A stretch of 64,000 nucleotides of DNA, taken from contig NC_067398.1 in assembly GCF_016432865.1 (NCBI RefSeq), positions 491,908,001 through 491,972,000 of the forward strand. The letters run 5' to 3'. Positions 1 to 12,483 of this stretch are shown here, piece after piece (position 1 is the stretch's first letter; each line of letters begins with the position of its first letter). Origin of the DNA: Antechinus flavipes (taxonomy: Eukaryota). Under the pieces are notes generated by a model. The model ran no database searches and was not told the DNA's origin. It saw only the letters and a list, made by a program, of their open reading frames with translations. Both the position numbers and the translations under genes were made by a program.

Positions 1-1184
1 GTTGAACTCTCATTTTTCTGACTGTAGATACCACATCTTATCCATTGCACTGGTTCTCTAATAATTAAAAACATGAAAGAAAAGTTTGGTTGACTTTGAA
101 AATTCTGAAATAATTCTCTTGGAAATAGTCCAGGAGTTGAGGAAGAAAAGAAAAAGATATGTCATTTTACAGCTCAAATTGATTATTAATACTGAATAAA
201 ATGTGAAAATGAACCCAATTTCACATGAATGACTCAAGATAAATTGTCATGTTATTGGACTCAAACTGAGGACTTCTTTGTTTCTGCTTGTTGTCCAAAG
301 AGTTGGTCATGGATGAAAGTGTTAGAGAAACTTTTTGTAGCAAGGTAGAATGTAAAGAGAATGAATGCTTGTCTGAATTTAGAGGGGAAAATGCATTCTT
401 TCTGAATCACTCTTGTTTTTAAACCTTGAGACTAGAATATAGAAATCCCCCCTCCCCAACTGCCTCCCACCTGACTTTAAACTCCTGGCTCAGCAATTGT
501 AAAACTTGAAAAGTTTTCTGTCCTGTATCTTTTAATATTGGCTGGGGTGGAGGTGGGGAGTCATATCAGAGCATCCTTTCTCTCTGACCCAGACACACAC
601 TGAGAGGGAATGGCCTTGGAAATGCTGGCTCCCGGCAGGCAGAGAGGATGAGCCTGGGGCACTTAGCTAATCACTAATCCCTCTCTTGGTGTGACATATG
701 CTGGGACTACTGGCAAATGTGGCTGCAGCCACACCAAATGAATTTATATCAAGAAGATATAGAAAGGACGTGCTTTGCTTGTTTCCTGTTTTAGGAGAGA
801 GAGGTCCCAGCAGTGCAGAGAGCTCCCATCCTGGAGAAACATGCCTGGGGATCCTGGGTACCAGCTGTGTCATGTTTCTGCAAGAAAGATCCCAACTGAT
901 TCTTCCTCTTGCTTCCCTTACACTTTATCACTTGGTGTCAGCAGCATCACAAATGGGTTGGTCAATACTAGCAATGATTACATTCCCTCTCCAGTTGAAA
1001 TATATGGGCTGCAGACAGCCCCTGCGAGAGAGGAAATGTTGAGACACTCTTCCAGTACAAATGGCTGTCCTGGCTCCCTTCCCTTCCCTTCCTTTCTCCA
1101 CAACTGGATCTTGCCTGTAGTAAGCTACACTAAAACAGCTTATGCATATGGATCATAGATATGCACAGAGGTTCATAAACTCAT

Positions 1185-1345
1185 AGGTGTATAGGCTCAT
1201 AGATTTGGAGCTGGGAGGTATCTTAGAGACCATCTCATTCCTGATTTTGAGAAAATTGAGACTTGCAGAAGTAAATTGAATTACCTGGATCTTACAGCTG
1301 AATAATAAGTGCAGGATTTGAACCCAGATTTTCCTGACTCCCAAG
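1185..1345 (-). mobile_element. MIR/MIR3-like CORE-SINE fragment
   Basis: atagatttggagctgg...ttagagaccatct...gagaaaattgagac...ggatttgaacccag...cctgactcc matches the reverse MIR core pattern. Confidence 0.7.
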
Positions 1346-1349
1346 ATTA

Positions 1350-1640
1350 ATAATCAGGTATCTATTAAATATTTTCTACGTGCCAGATACAATTCTAAGA
1401 TACAAGTACAAAGAATAAAGCGAATTTTACTTGCAATGCATTTGCATTCTGTTGAGACAGTAAATACATAGAAAAATATGTTGGCATAAATATAAAACTG
1501 ATAAATACATATGTACACAAAGTATCTGTAGTTAAAAAAAAACTATGTAGTTTGGGGGCATCAGAAAGCTTCATGGAGAAGATGGTGCCTGAGCTGCATC
1601 TTAAAGGAAAAGAGATATTCTGTGAGGAGATAATGAGAGG
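1350..1640 (-). mobile_element. L2 LINE 3' fragment
   Basis: Degenerate reverse L2 tail (tattaaatattttctacgtgccagatac) followed by gaaagcttcatggagaagatgg...tgagctgcatcttaaagga. Confidence 0.55.
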
Positions 1641-1964
1641 TACGCACTCCCTGGGGGAGCATTTTCATTGGCCCTTCCCTTCTCCTGAGGCTTTTGGAAA
1701 GCCTACAATACTACAAGCTATTGGATATCTGTATACTGAGAAAGTCCTCACATTATTGTGTAAACATAACATTGTCCTTCTGATCCAAAACAAAGATAAT
1801 AGCTCCCCAAAGGGAAAGAGTATTGAGAATACTCTTCAGGGTCTAATTGGCACATTTAGTTCATTCATGTTGCCATGTTAGGCTCACATGCATAAAATAG
1901 GTGAATTTTGTGGGGACAGCAAGTTGACTTTATCTGATTCTAGTAGTTTTATTTATTGTTTTCT

Positions 1965-2165
1965 ACTCACTTTTCAGTTGTGCCCACCCCATTTGGGATT
2001 TTCTTTGCAAAGATACTGGAGTGATTTGCCATTTCCTTCTCCAGCTGATTTTACAGATGAGGAAACTGAGGCAAACAGAGTCCTACAGCTAGTCAATGTC
2101 TGAGGCCGGATTTGAACACAGACACTCACTTTGAACATAGGCACTCTATTCCCGGCATCTCCCAA
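1965..2165 (-). mobile_element. MAR1-type marsupial SINE
   Basis: gcaaagatactggagtgatttgccatttccttctccagc...ttttacagatgaggaaactgaggc is the hallmark MAR1/MIR-core sequence. Confidence 0.75.
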
Positions 2166-2179
2166 TATTTAGAAATATA

Positions 2180-2247
2180 TGTGTATATTGTGTATCTATC
2201 TATATATAACATTTATAATATATATAGATAGATACACAATATACACA
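2180..2247. repeat. Perfect inverted repeat, 29-bp arms, 10-nt loop
   Basis: tgtgtatattgtgtatctatctatatata (2180-2208) is the exact reverse complement of 2219-2247. Confidence 0.95.
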
Positions 2248-2827
2248 AAACCTGGAGGAAACAAGGGAAAAATGCAGAAAACAAAATGGTGGTGCACTTC
2301 TGTTATCCCTGATACTAGATAGGCTGAAGCTGGTGAGTTCTGAATAGCAGTGGATAAAACCAATTAAGTGTCATCACTTAGTCTGGCAACAAGTGAATAT
2401 TCTGGACCAGGGTTTGGAGGTGAAATGAGGGGAGATAGCCACAAGGATGCCTAAGGTGGGACAAATTAGCCTAGGTCAGACGTGAAGCAGGTCAATATTC
2501 TCATGCTAATCAACAGTTGAGATTAAATCTCTGAAAAGTCACTGCATCCAAATATCCTGGGTGAGATGGGGATAGCATGATTAGAAACAAAAGAAACAAT
2601 ACATGCCCTTTGATTCCTTGTCCCCTGCCCTGAGGATCTATTTGGCTGTCTCTCTAAACATAAAAAAAGATTTTTTTTCTTGAATTTCCCCTACTTTTCC
2701 CCTTTTATTCCCATCCTTTACATTTCTAAACAGATTAAATATCATCAAATCAAATTCATAGATTTATAGCTTGTAAGGGAACTCAGAAATCATTTAGCCA
2801 AAATACTTTACTTTGAAGATGAGGCAA

Positions 2828-3217
2828 TGTAATGGGCTGAGGGTTGAGTTGATGCACTGAGATCCCAAGCACATGAGACTAAATAGTAATTGGACCATAC
2901 TCTATTAATATATAAGCTTGGAGAAAGAATGGCCCCCACCCACTCTTTGTGCAAGTCCTGATGTGTTGTATAGGAAATGATGATTTTGGTGGGTGGAGGC
3001 AGGGGAGTGGAAAAGGAAGGGGAAGGAGAGACTGCTTGCATTTGCCATTGCTAGGGCTTTTCAGCTCAGATCCCCCTCTGTTAGCTGGCTTCCTGTCGCA
3101 GCTGCCCATATTGCTATTGCAATCCTTATTCATCTCTTCACTTCAATAAAGATTGAAGATTTTTCCCTTAACCTGAATTCCTGACTCCCGGCTGATTTTA
3201 AATACGTGGTCATTACA
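2828..3217 (+). mobile_element. Solo ERV LTR (390 bp) inserted in a MIR
   Basis: Termini TGTAATG...CATTACA; TATA-like tatataa near 2908; AATAAA at 3145; 6-bp TSD aggcaa/aggaaa; splits the MIR motif gatgaggaaactgagg. Confidence 0.85.
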
Positions 3218-3279
3218 AGGAAACTGAGGTATAAATAAGTTAAGTTGACTGGCCCAAGGTCATCAATACACTAAAGGCA

Positions 3280-3565
3280 GGGAGGTGGTACAATGGAGGG
3301 AACATTGGGCCTGGAGTCAGGAAGAACTAAATTCAAATCTGGCCTCAGAAACTACCTGTATGACACTGGGCAAGTTACTTTGTCAATTATAAAATGGGGA
3401 TAAGAATAGCACCTGTCTGCCAGAATTGTCAATGAGGGTTAAAAGAGATAATAGTTATAAAGTATTTAGTACCATGTCTGACACATAATAGGTACCTAAT
3501 AAATGGGTACCTGATAAATAGGTGTCTAATAAATGGATAATTAATAAATAGGTACCTAATAAATT
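3280..3565 (+). mobile_element. MIR with L2-type tail expanded into a 15-bp tandem repeat
   Basis: tgggcctggagtcagg...tgacactgggcaagttac...aaaatggggataag; tail unit aataaataggtacct repeated about 5 times (3487-3564). Confidence 0.75.
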
Positions 3566-4029
3566 CTTATATTCTTTCAACCTTAATTCATACAGTGTGA
3601 AAGTCCACTGTGTTCCTCAGATTCCAAATTCTATAGTACTCTTTTTATTTTTCCACATTTCCTCTGGAAATAATACTGTATCACTTGAGGGGACTGTACT
3701 ATATGTTCTCTGAGATATCCTTTCCACTGCTAATCTGATAATGTTATCATACTGTAACTCTTAAATCAAATAATACCACAATCTCCAAAGAATTAAAATT
3801 GTGGGTAATACAAGGAACAATGAAGACATATATGACATATTAGGTTGTGTCATATTACTAGACTATAAGTTGTATGCCAGAAGAGTCATAAAATACATTA
3901 TCAAATACATATGATAGGAAAAGGAGGTTCCAATTACCTATATCATTTTAAACAAGGAAAACTCCAATATATTGAGTGTATAGCTTAGAGAAGATTCATA
4001 GGAGGTTAAAGATAAGAATCCATCAGGTT

Positions 4030-4950
4030 AACAGGGAAGTGTAGATGGATGTCATTTCATATCACTGGACGAACCAAAAGGATGAGATTTTAAAAAAGAA
4101 GTATGGGATATGTGGGTGAATGTGGATATATACATACATATATAAATTATCCTGCTCAATTGTAGTCTGCTTGGGGCAGGTGAGGGGGGTGAAAGGGAAA
4201 AACAATAAAGTAAAAAGTGCACAGCAGAGAACAAAAGAATAACCTCCAAGGAAGCAAAGAAAAGATTGACAGTCATGAATATAATATTTTATATTATTAT
4301 ATATCCTTTCTTGAAATGGAAATTTTATTGTTACATATTTTGAATCCTCTCTGATGTTTTGCTGGGCACATGAAAAAATTTTGTTTTGTTTTTTAGTTTT
4401 TCTTTTTCTATTTTTTATTTTAAATTTAGTTTTAAATAAAGAAAAAGTTTAAAAGTATGGATATCTTTTGTTTTTCAATCATTCATTTTTGAATATAATT
4501 TCTTTCTTCCTCCCTCCCTTCTCATTCATTCTTTGTATAAAAGAATAAAAAAGAAAGATGAAAGAGGAAAAAAAAAGCACTTTGACAAAAGTAATCAACA
4601 CCAATGGATTCTGATAGTATGTGTAATGTTCTATGCCCATAGTGTCCTGCCTCTGCAAAGAAGGGAAGAAGTTGTATTTTCTCCTCTTTTCTTAATGGAT
4701 GTTTGGTCATTATAATTACATAGAGATCGCTTATGCTTTTAGTTCTCCTCACTTACATTATTGTCATTGTTATAGTTTTCCCTGGTTCTGTCTATTCACT
4801 CTATATCAGTTTTTTCATGCTTGAAATTTTCCATTTCTATACAAAAATGCCATCAAAAGCTTCCCTGGACAACAAATTTTCTGACTTTCTAATTAATAGC
4901 AATCTCAAGTCACTAAAGGCTTGCAATTGGACGGTTGAATGAAAATAGTA
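4030..4950. mobile_element. Old L1-type 3'UTR fragments (mixed orientation)
   Basis: G-rich then A-rich 3'-end-like tracts; reverse block ccctctgcaaagaaggga...ctggttctg resembles marsupial L1 3' ends. Confidence 0.5.
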
Positions 4951-5200
4951 ATAGCTAATGTTTATAAAGCATTTACTACATATCAGGCACTGTGCTAAAT
5001 ACCTTACAATTATTACTTCATTTAATCTTCACAACATCCCTGGGATGGTAGGGCATTATTATTCTTATTTTACAGATGAGGGAACTGAGGCAAACAAAGG
5101 TTAAAAGAGTTACCCAGAATCATGCAGTCAGTAAGTATTTGAGTCTGTATTTGAACTTGGGTCTTCCTGACTTCAGGTCTGGTGCTTTATCCACTGCACT
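4945..5200 (-). mobile_element. MIR SINE
   Basis: aggcactgtgctaaat...cacaacatccctggga...tttacagatgagggaactgaggc...ttgaacttgggtcttcctgacttc. Confidence 0.8.
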
Positions 5201-6010
5201 ATGCTATATTTTTAGGTATTTTAAGTTATCTTCAATGACTGCTGTCCCGTTTAATTCGAGAAAAACAGTAAAGTTTCTAAGTGTTTTGGCTGATGACTTT
5301 TGCCCTAATCTTTCTTATTGTCCAGCTCAAATCTTTTATTATAGATCCATTTACTTGGGCCAACAAAATGTCATTTTTCACAAACTATACCTTCATTTTT
5401 TCAGAACACAAGTTTCTTGTTGATATGGTGTAGTCAAAGATGGTTCTGCCATTAATATGTGAAAATTTTCATTTTTCTACAATTTTTATCCTACTGAGAT
5501 GACTCTACTTTCCTTCTTTTCCCCAAAATTGTAAATAATGTTTATATCAAAAAAGTGAAACATTTAATAGGACACCTTTCTGCTTAAAAATTCATATTTA
5601 AACCCAGAAGGATCTATCTTCTGTGCTTGTGTGGCTGGATCAATTTTTTCCCCTCTATTCTCTCTATTCTGTCATTTTAAGAAAGAAAAAAGGGAAACAT
5701 GGTACAAAGTATAATCCTGTACTTGCTCTAGTTATTAGCTACTACACCTACTTGAACATAAGACCTCATGTTATTATCTGGCAAGAGTCTAACAAACAAT
5801 TACAGACTGACTATGGGCTTGATTACGAACAAGACTAGCTAGACCCTTCAAATGAACTTTTTAATCTAAAGCATGACAGCACTGGCATTACTTATCTCAG
5901 AAAGTCATAGGTTCTCACAAGAATTATGATTTTGAGACAGCAACAACAATGAATCATGTGAGTTCCAGAGGTAATTCAATTAGCTGGGACAAATTATACC
6001 TTAAACCGTG

Positions 6011-6198
6011 CAGGGGTCCTCAAACTACAGCCGGCGGGCCAGATGCAGCAGCTGAGGACGTTTATCCCCCTCACCCAGAGCTATGAAGTTTCTTTAAAGG
6101 CCCACAAAACAAAGTTTTTGTTTTTACTATAGTCCGGCCCCCCAACAGTCTGAGGGACAGTGAACTGGCCCCCTACTTAAAAAGTTTGAAGACCCCTG
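6011..6198. mobile_element. Non-autonomous hAT-Charlie MITE, OC1 (OposCharlie1)-like
   Basis: TIRs CAGGGGTCCTCAAACT / AGTTTGAAGACCCCTG, 188 bp; near-identical second copy at 17454; family name from recalled TIR and body. Confidence 0.8.
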
Positions 6199-9100
6199 CA
6201 AGGGAAGGAGGCAGGAGATTTCTTATTGTCTTTAGCACCTGTGATTTCTTTTTACCCTACTTTGATGCAGGGTGAATGCTAGTATAATACCCCACTCTAG
6301 GCTAATCTCTCAATTTATACCCACACCTGCAGATTGTCCATAGACAGTATTCTAGAAGTAATCTCATGAGTGGCTGTTCCCACTACTATAGCTCATAAGC
6401 CCCCACTGATGAGCTTTCCATTAACAATCAGCCAGTAGATTTAAATAATTTTTTTAAAGCACGGTTTGGAAGAAGAGTTGATATACAATATTATTCCCTA
6501 AAACCTGGGTCGCATTCTCTCATATACGTAATGAATATGGGAAAATTAGGATTCAAATTTAGATATACAAATATAGCATACATATGTACTTTGTCATGAA
6601 AAGTCCCTTTTTGTCTTCATACAACATATTTTGTATTTTCCCTGGTATATCCTTGGGTGGGATCAAAATGTCATAGGTCACAGTAATTTAGTATCTTGGA
6701 TCTAGAACAAGAAGGGGTCTGGACTGACTTATTCAAAAGGTGGCACAGGTCCTGCTAAATTGCCCTGTTATAACTGTCCCAGAGACTTTTTAGGGTGTGT
6801 TATGTAAGAATCATTCTAGAGAAAATCAGGGAGAAAAGTATTTACTGTTATGTTTTTCCAGAGAGCCACACCTGTCTCCTTCATTATTCTCTTTGTTCCA
6901 TTGAACAAGGTGACTTATTACTTATTACATCTCCTTTCCTTACTGTCTATCCTATTAATTCTGGACTAACACTCCCTATCAGCCTTGTATTCCTGATTAG
7001 CAGGCAGAGCTAGTTGTGATTACTCATGCTTCCTGAGTGCCAGCCAGGACAGCTCCTTTAGAAGTGGACTGTGTACCATATATAAGTACTTTAAATTCTT
7101 CTTAGCACCAGAGGGCACAGCCAGCCCCTAATCTCCCTGAGTCACTGTCCATCCCTAGCAGCACTATGACCCTTCTTCCCCCCAATTTCAGTGAGTTGTT
7201 AATAATATCCAGGGTGGGCATGATTTTACTGATTACATATATGCTGCAGAGACCACTTAGTTATTCTTTCCTTTAAGGAAGCAAAGGCTACTTCTCTCTC
7301 CTCAGCCTGAAGCCTTATAAACATAAGACTTTCTGAAAGTGAAGGCAGGACTATAGAGTTCACATTTTCTTTCACCTCAAAGGGGAGCCAGATAATGACC
7401 CTCTTGAACTTATGTGACATTTTTGGGATAAAACCAGGCAGGAATATCAGCATCTTCCCTTCATTTTGTTCACTACCACATGCTACGAGTCGGTAACCCA
7501 TTTGGCAGAAGTATAATGCCATCCATCTTTTCCCCATGTGAAACATGAAGCCCACATTTAAGGGGATGGGGATGAATAGAGTCCAATGAATTTTAAAAGT
7601 AGAACCTACTCTCAAACTTTACAAGCTGCTTTTCACTATTTCAATCAGTTCACCTCACCCCTGCTCAGTTCCAATTTCTGTATAATGGCCTGCTTATATT
7701 TGCTTAATCTGAATCTCATTCCATTTCCCCACAAACCCTCCTCACCCCATCACTGCCACAGTTGTGTTTGCATAAATAAGGCCTCATGGAAAAGCACAAA
7801 TAAAGAAAACTTGAAAATTTAACAAACCTCCAAAGTGTTTGTGAATTAAAATCCTGCCAGAGCTATTTATAAAATGTGTGTCTGTATCCAAAAGTATTTA
7901 CCATTTGCTCCATGGATTGTCAAATCTGGAACAGGCCAGACGTACTTGGTAGCTCTATGAGACCAAGCCACATGCTTTCAAAATCTTTTGCCCAGCTACA
8001 TTGCTAAGAAAAAGCCCCCCTTACTGTGCACTCATAAATCTGGCATAAATGGTTCTCCCTCAATCAGGAGACCTTAAGGGTCTTTCAGAAACGAAGTCAT
8101 TTTTTTGCTTGTATCTCTGCGCTACCTGCTGGCAAGCACATAAATATTAGTGGGAAGGCAAAAACTTCAGAAGAATATTCAATTTCCAGCTAGGCAGTGA
8201 AACTGGTATCGAGTAGGGAGTCAGGAATTGTGAATTCTGAGGGTTCCCATGACTGGGATAGGAAGGTTGGGAAGAAAAATGAATAAATTAACACAAGGCG
8301 CTTTGAAATACAAAGTGATATCTAAAGGTCAAATAATCCCAATCATTTAGTGATGCTTAAGCCCCACACAATCAGAACAAGTAGAAAAAAATTGCAAGGC
8401 AAAATGGCATCATTGGGACCAGCCAGCCTGTGGAGGGATTTCGGTGTCCTCACTCCCCATGTTCTGGTGACCCATTCAGATGGCAGAAGCACCATGCCAT
8501 CCATCTGTATCTCTTTGAAACCAGAATCCCACATTCAAGCATCCCTTTTAAATGGTAGATACAAGAGCCAACTCTTGCTGCTATCACAAGGTCTCACAAG
8601 GCTTTTAATCATCAAGAACTGATAGCTACTGTTCTCCGTTTGGATGAATACCAATTAGAGAGATGGGACAACCTGAGGAATGGAGAAGAGAAAGCAGTGG
8701 GGAACTGACTTTGTTGTTTTGGGGAGGGGGTTGCCAAAAATAAAAAATTACCTAGGGCACCAATGCCCTTCAGGCCAACCCTGAGGGGAGGCTAATGAGA
8801 TGGTAGAAGAGATCTGCAAAGAATAGGGTAGAGAGCACCACAAAGATGTTATTTATTAATAGAGTTTCTTTTTATAAATGGTAATTGCAAAATCTTAATT
8901 TTTTTAAAGGGTTTTACTGAATCAGTCAGCTTCTCTCTAAATATTATAATTCTGTTTACATTTTCTCTTAGCTTGTCTCCCTGAGAGAGGCTGCATGAAG
9001 CTCTAGTTGAGCTTAGTTGGGAAGGGTTTGGCAGCAGAAGATTTAACCCAATGTGAAAGAGAAGAACCTAATGGGAATATTTTAGAAAAATGGAGTGATC

Positions 9101-9299
9101 TGTCTTTCCAAGTTTTTAAAAAAGACTCTATTAAAACCCTTCCTAAATTTGAAAAAGTATTTTTAAATTGACAGGGGTCTTATAGTAATTTTTACTTCAC
9201 TCAGATGATGATATACAGATCAGGGTTCAGTTTAAATTCTCATTTTTCTATCTGCACTCTGCTTGGTCTTTTCTTCATGATTAGAAATCCTCTCAAATC

Positions 9300-9720
9300 C
9301 AGAATTATAGAATCTTACAATATAAGGGATTTAACATATACTTGACCAAAAATCTCTTCTACCACATCCTTAATAAATAACCATCTAGCTTTACTTGAAT
9401 AACTTCATTGATGAGAAATCTGTTAATTTCCAAGTTAAAGCTTTCCATTTTGGGGTATCACTAATTATCAGGATTTTTTTTTCCCACACTGAGCCAAAAT
9501 CTGACTCTCTAACTTCTAAACATCACTTCTCATTCTGTCTTATGGGGCCAGATGGAACAAAACTAATGCTTCTTTCACATGATAGCCTTCAAAGACTAGA
9601 GGACAACCATTATATTCTTTAATTTTTTTTCCTCTAAGCTCAACACTTCCGGTTCCTTCAAATGATTTTTGTATGGCATGTACTCAAGATCCTTGACTCT
9701 ACAGACCATCCTCTTATGGA
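9300..9720 (-). mobile_element. L3/CR1 LINE 3' fragment
   Basis: ctgagccaaaatctg...ggggccagatggaacaa...cacatgatagccttcaaa...ttccttcaaatga is typical reverse CR1 3' sequence. Confidence 0.7.
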
Positions 9721-9884
9721 TAATAGATAAATCAGAGGCATTCTATAGTAAAAATAGGCAAAAATCAGGCTTTTCCACTCACTATTCTTATTCAATGTAA
9801 CATAGAAATGACAACTATAGGGACACTGACTCTGTCTAAATTCTCCTCCAACTCTAACCCTAATCCTAACTCCATATCACTAAG

Positions 9885-10285
9885 GAGGAGGGAATAAGTA
9901 TTTATATAGTACCTACTATGTGCTTTCCATTTTTGAGTAACACTAGTTATCAGGAATTTTTTTCCCACACTGAGCTAAAATCTGCCTCTCTAACTTCTAA
10001 ACATCACTTCTCATTCTGTCTTATGGAGCCAGATGAAACAAAGCTAATGCTTCTTTCACATGATACCCTTCATAGACTTAGTACTGTACTAATGTCTTTA
10101 CAAATATTATTTTATTTGATTCTCACAATAACCCTGACAAAGAGATATTATTATCCTCTTTTTACAGATGAGGAAACTGAGACATACAGGGTCATGCAGC
10201 TAGTAAATGTCTTAGGCCATATTTGAATCAGATCTTCCTGATCCCCGTCCTAACTTTCTGTTCACTGAGCTACTTAGCTGCCCTC
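9885..10285 (-). mobile_element. MIR interrupted by a local copy of the upstream L3 fragment (9922-10078)
   Basis: MIR halves atttatatagtacctactatgtgc | agtactgtactaatgtctttacaaatatt flank a roughly 90%-identical copy of 9440-9597. Confidence 0.8.
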
Positions 10286-10349
10286 TACTGAAAGAAAATG
10301 AAAGGAAAAACCTCATCAATGAAGATACTGAAACAGTTTTGTAGTACTA

Positions 10350-10615
10350 TTTTTAGTGTAATGAGATTGTGCAATAGATGGAGTACCATGTCTGGAGTCA
10401 GAAAGATTCTTCTTCTTGAGTTCAAATCTGATCTCAAATATTAGCTGTGTGACCCTGAGCAAGTTGCTTAATCCTGTTTGTCTCAATTTCCTCCTCTATA
10501 AGAAGAATTGGAGAAGGAAATGGCAAATCATTCCAGTTTCTTTGCCAAGAAAACTCTAAAATGAAGAGTTGGACTCGTCTGAATTGCCTGAACAACAATT
10601 CAGTATTTGAATGAA
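10350..10615 (+). mobile_element. MAR1-type SINE
   Basis: ctggagtcagaaag...gagttcaaatc...gctgtgtgaccctgagcaag...ggagaaggaaatggcaaatcattccag. Confidence 0.8.
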
Positions 10616-12449
10616 TATTTAGAAAACCCAAGACATTCAAGAACAACAAAATAAATGAGTCAAAATAATAAGTGACTTGGGCTAAGTAATCCAGTTCAAC
10701 TCATCACCTTTGGAAATATCCAACACACAGATTATCCATTAAGTGATGAGGTTTTATTACTGACTATCAGACCAGAAGTGAAACAGAGAACCAATGACAG
10801 ACCAAGGAGCAAAAGAAGAAAGACACACAGGAGTTTTTCAGTATTGTTTTTAGAGCTGTCTTCTACTGTCCCAAAGTGCTGACAACACAGCGTGGAACTG
10901 CTTGGAAAACTTGATTAGGTCCCACAGTGCTGGAGTAGATGGAGTTTCAAGAGGCTGGGAAATTGTAACCACTGGAAATAGCATGAAAAATGGTTCACGT
11001 GAGGGGAGGGAAAAAATTAAACTGAAATAACTAAGAAATATATTAACTAAAATTATGTTTGATTTGCTGTTGAGCTTTCTCCCCCTTTTGATGCTCAAGA
11101 GAGTGACTCCATGGGGACTTGAAAAGCCTCCAAACCCTCTTCTGAATTGATAGCTTCCCTGGGGCTGAGAGAAATAGTTCAGAAGTGGGACGAGCCACAG
11201 AGATCCTTTAATTAGAGGAGAGGCCCTAACATTAAGGCTGAGAGCGGACAGGCCTGAAAGAAATAAGGAAAAAAAAAATCCTCTAGCTGTAGGAGCTTAT
11301 TCTTAGTTCTTGTTACATACACTTAAGAATACAATTTAAAGCTAAATGGGGGCGATGGCCAGAGGTAGCTTCAGTTGGTGACATCCCCCAAGAAGAAGTA
11401 CCTCTAGAATTCTTGGATGACAATAGAGAGTTGAAAAACTTATCTTTGTAGAAATTTCTCCTAGATTTGAGCTGGTTGGTGCAATGTTTACTCAAATGAT
11501 TTATGGACTTGAGATTATGGAAGTCATAGCAACACAGAAATTGCCAAGTGAAAATAAAACCAAACCCTGTGTGCTCGTATTGAACATAATCAAGGAGGCA
11601 GCTGACAAACAAGCCTCTTTTTTTCTTTCTTTCTTTCTTTCTTCGGTCTATTGAGGCTGTCGAAAGTACAAAGCAGATCTTAGCCTTTTGAAAATCTTCG
11701 AAGAGTATTTGACACTCCAATAACGGGACTGATTAATTTGACTTTGCCAAATAATTCAATCATTTTGTACCTTTCTGTACGTACTGGAATGGACCCCATG
11801 GAGTTTAGTTCTTCTTTTTGAAGATCATTAACAGTACATGACCTTGGGGACAGGTATGATTTGCAGACTGTTCTGGTGGGCAGAAAGGGAAATTCTATTC
11901 TTCCCATTTCAGTTTTGGAGGCGGGGTGGCAGGGGAGGACAATATTGTGAGGACATGGTAAAGAAGGTAGGAGAAAGACTTACTGGTTGGTCACATAAAT
12001 AAAGGACAATGTCACTTTGCAAAGGTTGCCCTTTGTAGGAAAGCTACCAAATCAAAACTGATCAAAGCCAGACAAATGAAGAAGGAAAGCAAAGTCATGT
12101 TTGTAGGAAAGAAACTGGAAGAAGAATGGAAAACTTCATCTGCTTGGGCTGCCAAATTGCAGCAGATTGTGAGATCAGGGGAGACATATGTCAGGATTGG
12201 GGAGAAAAGCAATTCATCCTAACAGCAATTCAGGTGCAGAAAGATCAGTCTAAGGAACTAAATTGAAAATGTACAACATCAATATGTTGTCAACAGTTCT
12301 GTAGAGAGCAGAGTGAAGGCAGCTCTTCTGAAGAGAGGAGAGGAGACTTAAGGTTTTTGACATGTGGTGTTTGTGAATAATACTTGGGGGTTGCCAAAAT
12401 GTTGTGAGACTTTGGGGGGATTAATTGCACTGTTGGCTTGCCTGACGGC

Positions 12450-12483
<34 letters not shown>

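Noticed and set aside
698-1158. Overlapping 114-aa and 127-aa ORFs in a GC-richer block with a good acceptor (ttttag|G at 795)
   Set aside because: No recognisable protein family in any frame and no convincing donor; chance ORFs are expected in GC-richer DNA.
11313-11720. 135-aa minus-strand ORF
   Set aside because: Runs through a (CTTT)n simple repeat; no homology recognised.
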